Shown: piece after piece, positions 8,396 through 17,025 of the stretch | How the letters are laid out: each line of letters opens with the position of its first letter | Position numbering within the stretch: the stretch's first letter is position 1 | Assembly (NCBI GenBank): GCA_016183565.1 | Contig: JACPEJ010000001.1 | Span: forward strand, 48,196 to 112,195 | DNA length: 64,000 nt | Source of the DNA: Candidatus Blackburnbacteria bacterium | GTDB taxonomy: Bacteria > Patescibacteriota > Microgenomatia > UBA8517 > UBA10165 | Direction: 5' to 3' | Notes under the pieces: model-generated | What the model was told of the DNA's origin: nothing | Seen by the model: the letters and a program-made list of their open reading frames with translations, nothing else | The model's database searches: none | Translations under genes and position numbers: made by a program

Positions 8396-9829
8396 ATGAC
8401 TATGAATAACCAAATTAAATGTCCCTACTGCAACAAGTCGTTTGAGCCAACTGACGCTTATAAGCATGAACTAGAAGAAAAGTTACTTAGTGAAACTCAA
8501 CAAAAGCATCAGGAGGAAATCGATAAATTAAAGCTTGAGAAGCAAGAGCTTAGTATTGCCAAGGATAAAGAGTTAGAAGAAGCCAAGAAGCAGGTGGCTG
8601 AAACCGTACGCACAGAGGTTGAGAAAGAGATCAAACAAGAGTTACAAGACAAGATGGATGCGACTCAGGAACAAGCTGAAAATCAGGCGAAACGAAACAC
8701 CAAACTGCAGGAACAACTTGAAGAACAAACTAAGCTTGTGGGTGAAATGAAGAGTGAAAAAGATAAACTCCGCTTAGCACATGAGCAGGAGTTGGAAGAA
8801 ACGAAAAAGAAAACAACAGAAGCAGTTCGCCAGGAAGCCGAAAATAAGATAAGGAAAGAATTCGAAGTAAAGGTGGCATCAAGCCAAGAGGAGGCACAAG
8901 AGAGAGAAAAGCAAAATCAAGAGCTTCAAAAACAAACTGTTGAGCTCATGAAGCAACTGAGAGAATCCAAAGACGCAGAGGGTAAACTGAAAATTCAATT
9001 TGAGAGGATGTTGCTTGAAGAACAAGACAAAATCAAACAGGACGCGAAAAAGGAAACTGAAGATGCCTGGAATTTGAAAATGGCGGAAAAAGACAAACAA
9101 CTAGAAGATGCTCGCAAAGTTAATGTGGAATTACAAAGAAAACTTGAACAAAAATCGCAACAACTCCAAGGTGAAGTGCAAGAACTAAAGTTGGAAGAAC
9201 AACTCAAAGGTGAATTTCTCTTCGATGAAATAAGTGAAGTTCCCAAGGGTAGGGGCGGTGCAGATACAATCCAGGTGGTAAGAACCCAGTCAGGAGTTGT
9301 CTGTGGAACGATAGTCTGGGAGTCAAAACGGGCCCAAAGATGGGATCAAAAATGGATACAAAAGCTTCTTGATGATCAGCGTGCGGTTAAAGGAGATCTG
9401 GCTGTGTTAGTTTCCAACGTTTTCCCTGATTCTGTTAAAGGGTTTGGGATGGTTGAGAGTATTTTTGTTACAGATCTACCATCTGCACTTAGTGTCGCCT
9501 ACTTATTAAGGCAACAGCTGATGAAGGTACATTCAACCCAGATTGCCAACAGTGACAAGACAACGAAGGCAGAGATTGTTTATAACTATTTGATCAGTAA
9601 CGAATTTAAACAACGGATTGAGGTTTGGGTTGAGTATTTCAGAGAGAGGCAGGAAAAAATAAATAAAGAAAGAGTCTATTTCATCAAAAAATGGCAGGAA
9701 GAAGAAAAAAGTATTCATAAGGTTATCGCTACAACTTCTGGGATTTATGGTGATTTACAGGGATTGATCGGAAATGCTTTACCTAAGGTAGGTTATTTAG
9801 AGTTGCCGGATTCTGTAGAAGAAAAATAA
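8396..9829 (+). CDS. zinc-ribbon plus long coiled-coil protein with DUF2130-like C-terminal domain (possible PD-(D/E)xK-like fold)
   Basis: CPYCNKSF at the N-terminus, ~250 aa of E/K/Q-rich coiled coil, C-terminal GGADTIQVV...GTIVWESKR; 12-nt gap to the downstream helicase gene. Confidence 0.5.
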   Translation: MTMNNQIKCPYCNKSFEPTDAYKHELEEKLLSETQQKHQEEIDKLKLEKQELSIAKDKELEEAKKQVAETVRTEVEKEIKQELQDKMDATQEQAENQAKRNTKLQEQLEEQTKLVGEMKSEKDKLRLAHEQELEETKKKTTEAVRQEAENKIRKEFEVKVASSQEEAQEREKQNQELQKQTVELMKQLRESKDAEGKLKIQFERMLLEEQDKIKQDAKKETEDAWNLKMAEKDKQLEDARKVNVELQRKLEQKSQQLQGEVQELKLEEQLKGEFLFDEISEVPKGRGGADTIQVVRTQSGVVCGTIVWESKRAQRWDQKWIQKLLDDQRAVKGDLAVLVSNVFPDSVKGFGMVESIFVTDLPSALSVAYLLRQQLMKVHSTQIANSDKTTKAEIVYNYLISNEFKQRIEVWVEYFRERQEKINKERVYFIKKWQEEEKSIHKVIATTSGIYGDLQGLIGNALPKVGYLELPDSVEEK

Positions 9830-9841
9830 TTAAAATAGACA

Positions 9842-12800
9842 TTGAATATGAGCAATTCTTCACCACCACTCCAGACAAAATTACTCCAAAGAGCAAAAAA
9901 TAGCGATGAGTTTAATTTGTATGTGGCGGGTATAGAATGGGATCTTATTGAGCCAATTGTCATTGAAGACCGTGACGATATGCACTCCGAAAAGAAGTGG
10001 AGTGAGTTGTTGGAGCCATATTACCACCAAGTTACGAACCTGATTACATTTTGCCGTAGATTGCCAGTTACTTTATTAGCTGATGATGTTGGTTTAGGTA
10101 AAACAATTAGTGCTGGATTGGTGACAAGTGAATTAATGGCTCGTGGCAGAGTAACAAAAATACTTATTGTTTGTCCTAAATTATTAATGTTTCAGTGGAA
10201 GGAAGAGTTAGAAACTAAGTTTGGTATATCTTCCGTTATTGCTACTGGCAGAGACTTAATTAAAGCTACTCCACCAGGAGAGTTGGGAGCAGTGATAACT
10301 ACTTATGATTCTGCCCGTCTCCATCTCGATAAAATTTCTGACGTTGGTTACGAAATGTTGATTTTAGATGAAGCTCATAAGCTGCGAAATTTGTATGGTA
10401 TTGACCCGCCTCCTAAAAGAGCGGTTCGTTTTAAGCAAGCACTAGAAGATCGATTATTCAAATATGTTCTCATGCTTACTGCTACGCCGATTCAAAATAG
10501 GCTGTGGGATATTTATTCTCTAGTTGACTTACTGACTACTGCAAGGGGGCACGAAAATCCTTTCGGGAATCCGGGGATTTTTGCCCGCAGATTTATTGCG
10601 GACGCCAGGACAAAAGCCCGTCAATTAGTGCCATCAATGAAAGATGAGTTTCGGTCAATTGTCTATGGCTATATGTCACGGGTGAGACGAGCAGACGCAA
10701 ATCTTTATTTTCCTGAAAGAACTGTGCAGCTTCACAAGGTCACACCGACCCCTGACGAATTGAAGTTAATTGACATCATTGCTGAGCCAATTCAAAAGCT
10801 GAATCGTCTAGCACAAATCTCAATCCTCCAAGCACTCACAAGTAGTCCTCATGCTTTGTCAGCTCAATTAAAAAATATGGCGCGCAATGGAACCATCCCG
10901 GAGTCGTTATCATTGGAGGTTAGCGCTGTCGTTGAAAATATGAATGGCTCGGCAAAACTAAAAGGCCTCAGTACTCTTATTGACAAACTTGAAACTGAAA
11001 GACCGAATGATTGGAGATTAGTTATTTTTACTGGTCGTCGTGAAACTCAAACCACAATTGAGGAATTTTTGGGGAAACGAGGAATTACTTGCGGGCTAAT
11101 CAATGGAGATTCTGGGTTAAGGAACCAAGAAACTATAACTCAGTTTAAACAAAAACCTCCGGACATTCATGTAATTGTCTCAACAGAAGCTGGAGCTGAG
11201 GGTATAAATCTTCAAGCTGCTAATGTACTGGCTAACTACGATTTGCCGTGGAATCCAATGATTGTTGAACAAAGAGTAGGTCGGATTCAGAGGTTGGCCT
11301 CCGAGCATGCAAAGGTAAGCATTTTCAATATTATCTTGTCAAATACATTTGAAGAATACATCGTTGCTAGGCTTATGGAAAAACTCCAAATGGCCTCACA
11401 GGCAATTGGTGATGTTGAAGCAATGCTTGAAGCATCCGGGCTGGACGAGGATGAAAATGGATCGGTTGGTTTTGAGGAAATGGTAAGGCGACTTGTTATC
11501 GATTCTTTGGCAGGTAAAGATGTAGAAGTAGCAACAAAAATCGCTAGTGAAAGCATAACGAAGGCTAAGACTAAACTTAAGGAGGAACAAAAAAACATCA
11601 GTTCTATGTTAGGTACTATGGGGGATGCTTCTGAGTTTGGTCCTCGATGCCCAAGTTTACCGAAGCTAAATCACTCCATGGATATACGTGATTTTGTTTT
11701 GACTGCTCAAGAAGGCTTTGGTGCAAAAATAACTCCCCAATCTAAGGGAATATATTTTTGTGAACTTAATGATGAAAAAGAATCAATATATTTTGAGGAA
11801 AAAGATAACGGTCGAATAGACGGGGTGTTGTACGCGCAAGGTACATCTGCCTTTGAACGTTTGGTAAGTAAAGTAATTAGTAAACGACTTCACGATGTTG
11901 AAGATCTGGACAAAGATCTTGAATTAAACACGCAAGAAACCATACGAGGATGGGTCAGCAGTTTTAATGGTGCATTTAAAGAAACAGAAACAAACAAAGT
12001 CTGGAACTGTTTTGAAGGGACAGCTCTTATCAGGGTTCGTTCAACTGTAGCGCATGATAGTTATGAACGATTAGTTAGCATCGAATGCTTGTCCAAAGAT
12101 CATAAGATAGAAGTCAGACCAAAGAATCTCAAGCCCTTGGGAGAATTTATTGATGGACACTTAGGAGTTGGTGTGGTCCCAGACCAGTTGGTTGAAAAGG
12201 CAATGCTTGATGAAGGGATAGATGAATTTTGTCGTTTTTATAAAGAGAGAATGGTTCAGGAAGTGGTTGCTGCAGGCAGTGATTTACGCAAGAAAAAGAA
12301 ACTAGAAGATGAATTTACACCAAGAGTGGAAATGAGCTTAGTAGGATTGGTTGGCACGATGCACCGCCAATTACAAGTCGATGTTGCATACGATATTGAT
12401 TCCATTGCTGAGTATAAGAGCTCAATACTTGTTTTGCCTTTTAAAAAGGAGGTAATTGAAGCGCCAGTTTTGTACAAATGTGAATCAACAGGAGAGGAAG
12501 CCCCTCATGATTGTCTGGGCATATGTGATATTAGTGGACGTAGAGTACTACGTCACTTACTTGTAAGTTCTGAAGAAAGCGGAAGGAAAGCTCTGCCTGA
12601 ATATATTAGAACATGCGCTCTTTCAGGCAAAAAGGTTCTAAGTGATGAAATCGAAAAGTCAGCAATCACAGGCGAATCCGTTACAAGTTCTCTACTTAAA
12701 ACTTCAGCTTTAAGTGGCAAACGTGCAGAACTAAAGTTCTTTGGAACTTGTGAATTCACCTCTGCAGAAGTTCTCGAGGATGAATTGGCAATAAGCCAGA

Positions 12801-13552
12801 TTTCAGGAAAAAAATACAGAATGGATGAGCAACTTCAGTCTGTAGTTTCTAAGAAGACTGGTCATAAACAAGAATTTATTTTTTGTGCTGAGACGGGACA
12901 ACCTCTGTTGTCAACGGAGACAGAGACATGTGAGCTAACTAAAAAGGTTGTTATTCCCGGCCTACTTGAAACGTGTGAAGTATCTAAGAAAAAAGTTCTA
13001 CCTGCAAAGCTAGAAAAATCAGCACTTTCAGGCAAAAAAGCACTCAAGAAATACTTTGTATCAAGTAGTATTTCAGATGCACGACTACTTGAAGGAGAAG
13101 CAATTAGGTCAGTTGATGGCAATTTCTGTTCTCCTTTGGAGGCTAAAAGGTGTTCGTGGAGTGATCGAGAATGTCATTCGGATGATTTAAAGATTTGTAA
13201 TTTAACAGGTCTTCCTATTTATCTAGAGTATGTGACTAGGAAGAAACCGAGTCGATTAGAGCCACTTGTTGACCTCTTGGGAAATATCAGAAGGACGGCT
13301 GACGAGGGGGAGACTTGGGTAGCAGTCGCAGAGAAAGCTTCAACAATTCTCAAGATGAAAGGTTGTAAGGTGGAGTCTGCAGTTCTATCTCCAGATAAGG
13401 GAAAATTGGCGGTATGTATAGAGGTAAAGACTTGGTTGGGTTTGAAAGTTCGCTATGCGGGGTTGGTTTTTCTGATAAAAGATGAAGAAGTCATTGGGAA
13501 GATATCTTTAGGTAGACGCGAAAAAGGAAACTGGTTAATGGAGAATTCTTAA
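9842..13552 (+). CDS. SNF2-family helicase (DEAH ATPase core) with ~450-aa C-terminal extension containing tandem SGKK-type repeats
   Basis: motif I LLADDVGLGKTISAG, motif II LILDEAHKLRN, TATPIQNRL, helicase-C QRVGRIQRLAS; C-terminal repeats SALSGKK/AITGESV/QISGKK and Cys-rich tail. Confidence 0.85.
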   Translation: MNMSNSSPPLQTKLLQRAKNSDEFNLYVAGIEWDLIEPIVIEDRDDMHSEKKWSELLEPYYHQVTNLITFCRRLPVTLLADDVGLGKTISAGLVTSELMARGRVTKILIVCPKLLMFQWKEELETKFGISSVIATGRDLIKATPPGELGAVITTYDSARLHLDKISDVGYEMLILDEAHKLRNLYGIDPPPKRAVRFKQALEDRLFKYVLMLTATPIQNRLWDIYSLVDLLTTARGHENPFGNPGIFARRFIADARTKARQLVPSMKDEFRSIVYGYMSRVRRADANLYFPERTVQLHKVTPTPDELKLIDIIAEPIQKLNRLAQISILQALTSSPHALSAQLKNMARNGTIPESLSLEVSAVVENMNGSAKLKGLSTLIDKLETERPNDWRLVIFTGRRETQTTIEEFLGKRGITCGLINGDSGLRNQETITQFKQKPPDIHVIVSTEAGAEGINLQAANVLANYDLPWNPMIVEQRVGRIQRLASEHAKVSIFNIILSNTFEEYIVARLMEKLQMASQAIGDVEAMLEASGLDEDENGSVGFEEMVRRLVIDSLAGKDVEVATKIASESITKAKTKLKEEQKNISSMLGTMGDASEFGPRCPSLPKLNHSMDIRDFVLTAQEGFGAKITPQSKGIYFCELNDEKESIYFEEKDNGRIDGVLYAQGTSAFERLVSKVISKRLHDVEDLDKDLELNTQETIRGWVSSFNGAFKETETNKVWNCFEGTALIRVRSTVAHDSYERLVSIECLSKDHKIEVRPKNLKPLGEFIDGHLGVGVVPDQLVEKAMLDEGIDEFCRFYKERMVQEVVAAGSDLRKKKKLEDEFTPRVEMSLVGLVGTMHRQLQVDVAYDIDSIAEYKSSILVLPFKKEVIEAPVLYKCESTGEEAPHDCLGICDISGRRVLRHLLVSSEESGRKALPEYIRTCALSGKKVLSDEIEKSAITGESVTSSLLKTSALSGKRAELKFFGTCEFTSAEVLEDELAISQISGKKYRMDEQLQSVVSKKTGHKQEFIFCAETGQPLLSTETETCELTKKVVIPGLLETCEVSKKKVLPAKLEKSALSGKKALKKYFVSSSISDARLLEGEAIRSVDGNFCSPLEAKRCSWSDRECHSDDLKICNLTGLPIYLEYVTRKKPSRLEPLVDLLGNIRRTADEGETWVAVAEKASTILKMKGCKVESAVLSPDKGKLAVCIEVKTWLGLKVRYAGLVFLIKDEEVIGKISLGRREKGNWLMENS

Positions 13553-13563
13553 AATTAAAAAAT

Positions 13564-14229
13564 ATGCAAAACTCATATCTTCATTCTAGGTTAAGTTCAA
13601 TTCAGAAACAGTTAATTGCTCATCACGAAGGAGGAAGCCCTAGCTCTACCTCTAAAGGAAGAGAGCGAGAGGATTTTATCAATAGTTATCTTGAAAAGAT
13701 AATGCCCCCAGTGTTTCGCTTTGGTTCTGGAGAGGCAATTGATGCGAATGATAAAGTTACAGGTCAACTTGATTTGGTTGTTGAGTATCCATTGTTTCCT
13801 AGCCTTCACCAACCAGGTGGAAAACCCAGACTGTATGTTGCCGAAAGCATCGCAGCAGTCATAGAAGTAAAATCTGATTTGAGTACCCAGTGGGAAGAAG
13901 TTCTTAGTACAGCTAAAGCAGTAAAAGATCTTTACCGCGGTTGGGGAGGAAATATCTTGATTGGTGACGAAAGATTCGCAAAAACTATTCCAGTGTTTGC
14001 AGTAGGTTATGAAGGATGGGCAAAGGAAGAGACGGTGCAATCAAAGCTGATTGATAGCGGCGTTGACGCAATTTTGGTAATAGACCCTGGTATTTTTGTT
14101 GCAAATGAATTGTTTAGTCTAAAGAAAAGTTTTCAGGGGCCTTGGGCTCTTTGGGGATTTTTTACTTGTTTATATTTAGCTTTTGATTCAATAAAAGTTT
14201 TACAAGCTGATTTAGAGAATTACGCCTAG
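13564..14229 (+). CDS. PD-(D/E)xK nuclease-like protein (Hjc/restriction-endonuclease-like core)
   Basis: GQLDLVVEY ... AAVIEVKSD arrangement (D..E.K); 11 nt after the helicase stop, consistent with an operon. Confidence 0.5.
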   Translation: MQNSYLHSRLSSIQKQLIAHHEGGSPSSTSKGREREDFINSYLEKIMPPVFRFGSGEAIDANDKVTGQLDLVVEYPLFPSLHQPGGKPRLYVAESIAAVIEVKSDLSTQWEEVLSTAKAVKDLYRGWGGNILIGDERFAKTIPVFAVGYEGWAKEETVQSKLIDSGVDAILVIDPGIFVANELFSLKKSFQGPWALWGFFTCLYLAFDSIKVLQADLENYA

Positions 14230-14260
14230 GTAATTTAAGAAAAATTGGTCAGGAATCGGT

Positions 14261-14385
14261 TGACCTCCTTCACCGTCCACTCCGCCTACGCCAAGGCTTC
14301 GGCGGACACGTCCGGATACTCCCCTCCAGAGGCGGGCGGGCAGCTCGCTGACCCAATCAATTCGTCCAAAATCATACCATCGTTC
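14261..14385. repeat. copy A of a ~120-nt conserved noncoding element (ccttcaccgtccac...gtccggatactcc...cccaatcaattcgtcc...ccatcgttcgagcca)
   Basis: direct-sequence match to 16809-16922; the conserved blocks flank a central hairpin that differs in sequence but not position between copies. Confidence 0.7.
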
Positions 14386-14760
14386 GAGCCAAGAAATTAG
14401 ATACGAACTCGGATTTTGAAGATGAGTTCGTATTGTCTTCTTTGGCTCCCGAATTAAAACCTTCGCAAACCCCGAAGGAGAACAAGTTCCCTACGGGGCA
14501 TGCTTTTGAAATCATTTTGCCAAATCTGATACACAAATCCAAAACCCTCCTTCGCGTAAAGCTATGAAAGGGCAAAGAGCGAAATCTGAAATGATGCGCC
14601 CCGCCACTATTTTTCTGGGGCAAAGGAGGCGGGGCGACGGACTCGTGAGCGCGCAGGAGCGAGGTCTCGGGGAGGCCCTCCAGAGGCGGGTAAAAATCCG
14701 CGCGGGCTTCGGCTTTCTTTTTTGAAAAAATCGGCGGATACAAATTGAGAAAAGATTAGA
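14386..14760. ncRNA. GC-rich noncoding region contiguous with repeat copy A; candidate large structured RNA of unknown identity
   Basis: ~500 nt without a convincing ORF; local GC is far above the surroundings; internal repeat cctccagaggcggg at about 14321 and 14680; GC hairpins. Confidence 0.3.
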
Positions 14761-14824
14761 TTCATGTTAGTCTAGTTGTGAGAGTTAAGTTCAACGCTCA
14801 TACTTATACTATCATACAAAAAGC

Positions 14825-15220
14825 ATGGAGCAAACTGTGCAAGGTGCGATGAATAGGGCAAAAAATGCTTTCAAGGACTGCGACTTTTCTTTTGGATTAG
14901 AGAGTGGGCTTATAGAAGTTCCAAACACGAAAAGTGGATATATGGATATTACAATGTGTGCCATATATGATGGCAAAAATTTTCACTTAGGCGGGTCTTC
15001 TGCTTTTGAATATCCAAAATCTATGATTGATTTGGTTTTTAGCAAAGATTATGACATTGATGAGGCGGCAAAAGAAGCCGGGTTTTCCCATGATGAAAAT
15101 ATTGGCGAAAGAGAAGGAATGATAGGTGCTCTTACGAAGGGACGGCTAAATCGAAAGGGATATAGCAAGCAGGCAGTAATAACTGCTCTTATACACCTTC
15201 TTAATCCAGAGCATTATTAA
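14825..15220 (+). CDS. YjjX/DUF84-like inosine/xanthosine triphosphatase family protein
   Basis: C-terminal GEREGMIGALTKGRLNRKGYSKQAVITAL resembles the YjjX GRKEGAIGVFTAGKLTR...QAVILAL motif. Confidence 0.5.
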   Translation: MEQTVQGAMNRAKNAFKDCDFSFGLESGLIEVPNTKSGYMDITMCAIYDGKNFHLGGSSAFEYPKSMIDLVFSKDYDIDEAAKEAGFSHDENIGEREGMIGALTKGRLNRKGYSKQAVITALIHLLNPEHY

Positions 15221-15229
15221 AATAAATTT

Positions 15230-15619
15230 ATGAACTACAAAGGCGTAATAATCGAGGAAAGTTTAGAGAATAAAGGCATTCTAAAAGATGTCAAAATTTT
15301 AGAGACAAAGGTTGAAGAAGTTGTAGAGGAACACAAAACTCCTTGGATAAAACAATGGACTTTACATACCGTTGAAATTCCAGAAAATCAAGCAAAAGAT
15401 GTCGCAGAAAAATTAAGCAAAATACTAGACTCTGAACATAACTGGTATGCTGATTTCAAAAATGATTCTCACCATTACATCATTTTCCGCGACAAAGTTT
15501 TTTATATTGACCGAAAAAGTAAGGAACAATACGACGAAGCGAAACGCTATGGTATTTCTCTCGAAATACCAGAATATCAAGTAGATTTTGCTCCCGACGA
15601 TAAAATTTGGGAAAGATAA
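15230..15619 (+). CDS. hypothetical protein
   Basis: 129-aa ORF with no recognisable motif. Confidence 0.4.
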   Translation: MNYKGVIIEESLENKGILKDVKILETKVEEVVEEHKTPWIKQWTLHTVEIPENQAKDVAEKLSKILDSEHNWYADFKNDSHHYIIFRDKVFYIDRKSKEQYDEAKRYGISLEIPEYQVDFAPDDKIWER

Positions 15620-15621
15620 TT

Positions 15622-15897
15622 ATGACAACAATTCATAAAAAAGTTTGGCGAGAATATTTTGACAAAATTGTTTCCGGCAAGAAAAAGTTGGAATTACGCC
15701 TTGCTGATTTTGAAGTAAATGAGGGCGACACTTTAGTTTTGGAGGAATGGGACAAGGATAAAAAAGATTATACTGGACGAAAGATTGAAGTTGTCGCCAC
15801 CTATATTCTCAAAACCAAAGGTCAAACTTTTTGGTCGCCGGAGGAAGTTGAGAAATATGGTTTCCAAATTATTCAATTTGAGCCAAAGGAAAAATAA
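15622..15897 (+). CDS. ASCH-like/DUF3850 small protein
   Basis: KKVWREYFDKIVSGKKKLELRLADFEVNEGDTLVLEEW matches the DUF3850/ASCH pattern; the ATG at 15622 is preferred over the TTG at 15607. Confidence 0.5.
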   Translation: MTTIHKKVWREYFDKIVSGKKKLELRLADFEVNEGDTLVLEEWDKDKKDYTGRKIEVVATYILKTKGQTFWSPEEVEKYGFQIIQFEPKEK

Positions 15898-15899
15898 TT

Positions 15900-16205
15900 A
15901 TGGACATCAAGCAAAAAACGGCAGAAACCTACGACAAAATTGCTTCCGGCTACAGCGCAGGACATTTTGCTCATTTTTGGATTGAAGAATTTGATTTTTA
16001 CAAAAACATTACTGACGGTAAAAAAGTCATTGACCTTGGTTGCGGAGCCGGACGAGACGCCGCCGTTTTTGTAGAAAATGGTTTTGATTACACTGGCATA
16101 GATGCTTCGGAGGCAATGCTAAAGGTAGCAAGTGAGAGAGTGGCAAAGGGGAAATTCCAAAAAATGGATTTCAGCAGAACCATTTTCCAAGTAGCTTGTA
16201 GGTAA
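15900..16205 (+). pseudogene. truncated class I SAM-dependent methyltransferase (N-terminal half only)
   Basis: motif I VIDLGCGAGRD is present, but the ORF stops after 101 aa, before the post-I motifs. Confidence 0.5.
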
Positions 16206-16236
16206 CTGTAGCTAAATGTAGGTAATTGCAGGTAAA
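16196..16236. repeat. short tandem repeat tgtaggtaaYtgYag (x3)
   Basis: tgtaggtaactgtagctaaatgtaggtaattgcaggtaa. Confidence 0.6.
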
Positions 16237-16266
16237 AGTTTTCACTGCCACTGAAAACTTTTTTGC
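16235..16266. terminator. bidirectional hairpin terminator between convergent genes
   Basis: GTTTTCA-ctgccac-TGAAAAC, followed by TTTTTT on the plus strand and AAAA upstream on the minus strand. Confidence 0.55.
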
Positions 16267-16274
16267 TAACCCTT

Positions 16275-16745
16275 TTAATTCAACACCACAATCGCCGCAT
16301 TTAGTATGGTAGCAAAGCTGACCCACAAGAGGTACGGCACCAGTAAATAAAATGCTAGTGTTGATAACGGATAAAACTTTTTCATTGTTACCACAATAAG
16401 TACCCACATCGCCACAATTACGATCAATCCCAAAAACGGTGCTCGCAGTCCAAAGAAAACTGGTGACCAGATAAAGTTAAGTCCCAGTTGGGCCAGAAAA
16501 AACAAACCTGCAGTCTTCATCTTCTTTTTCTTCCACCCCTGCTTCCAAATCAAATAAAAAGCCACGCCCATCAGAAAGTACAAAAGCGTCCAAACCGGTC
16601 CAAAGATCCAATTAGGGGGAGCAAAGAAAGGCTTATTCAAGGTGGCGTACCAAATAGGGATAGCAGAGATGGTAAAAGGAGTTCCTAAGAATCCAACTAA
16701 TTCACAGCCAATCACGGAAACAATAAGTTTGGGCAAGTCTTTCAT
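16275..16745 (-). CDS. tspO: TspO/MBR tryptophan-rich sensory protein
   Basis: LNKPFFAPPNWIFGPVWTLLYFLMGVAFYLIW signature; 5 TM helices. Confidence 0.85.
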   Translation of the reverse strand: MKDLPKLIVSVIGCELVGFLGTPFTISAIPIWYATLNKPFFAPPNWIFGPVWTLLYFLMGVAFYLIWKQGWKKKKMKTAGLFFLAQLGLNFIWSPVFFGLRAPFLGLIVIVAMWVLIVVTMKKFYPLSTLAFYLLVPYLLWVSFATILNAAIVVLN

Positions 16746-16808
16746 CTGCCTTTAGTATGAAACAAATTCGGCAAGAGAGCAATCAATATTGCAGAAACCT
16801 CCCTACTT

Positions 16809-16922
16809 CCTTCACCGTCCACCCCCGCCTGCAACGCTATGCGTCGCATTGCGGGCAGGTCCGGATACTCCAACTCCGTTACCCAATCAATTCGTCCGAA
16901 TTCTTCCCATCGTTCGAGCCAG
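16809..16922. repeat. copy B of the ~120-nt conserved noncoding element (see 14261-14385)
   Basis: same conserved blocks as copy A, with a different central hairpin (CCTGC..CGCTATGCG-uc-GCATTGCG..GCAGG). Confidence 0.7.
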
Positions 16923-17025
16923 ATGGGACGGGAGGGCAACAAAGAGTCCTTTTGTCCCGTAACATTCCGGGTTTTAGTGTTAAAATCCTCACGGGAAAAT
17001 GCCTCTGTTTTGGTATAATTGGAGT

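Noticed and set aside
14372-14743. 123-aa minus-strand ORF, and 16742..16942 (66 aa), as protein-coding genes
   Set aside because: Both lie in the GC-rich repeated noncoding element. The Arg/Pro/Gly-rich composition is typical of the wrong strand of GC-rich RNA. Copy A contains an in-frame stop where copy B does not. A small conserved peptide cannot be fully excluded.
14240-14770. RNase P RNA (rnpB) identity for the GC-rich block
   Set aside because: Only a weak resemblance to the P4 5' strand (GUCCGGAUACUCC). I could not locate GGUGAAA/GUAAGAGCGCACC-type or ACAGAAcCCGGCUUA-type conserved regions, so it is left as unidentified.
16196-16236. CRISPR-like array
   Set aside because: Only three ~13-nt tandem units with no spacers. 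No cas genes and no 25-40-nt direct repeats with unique spacers anywhere in the window.
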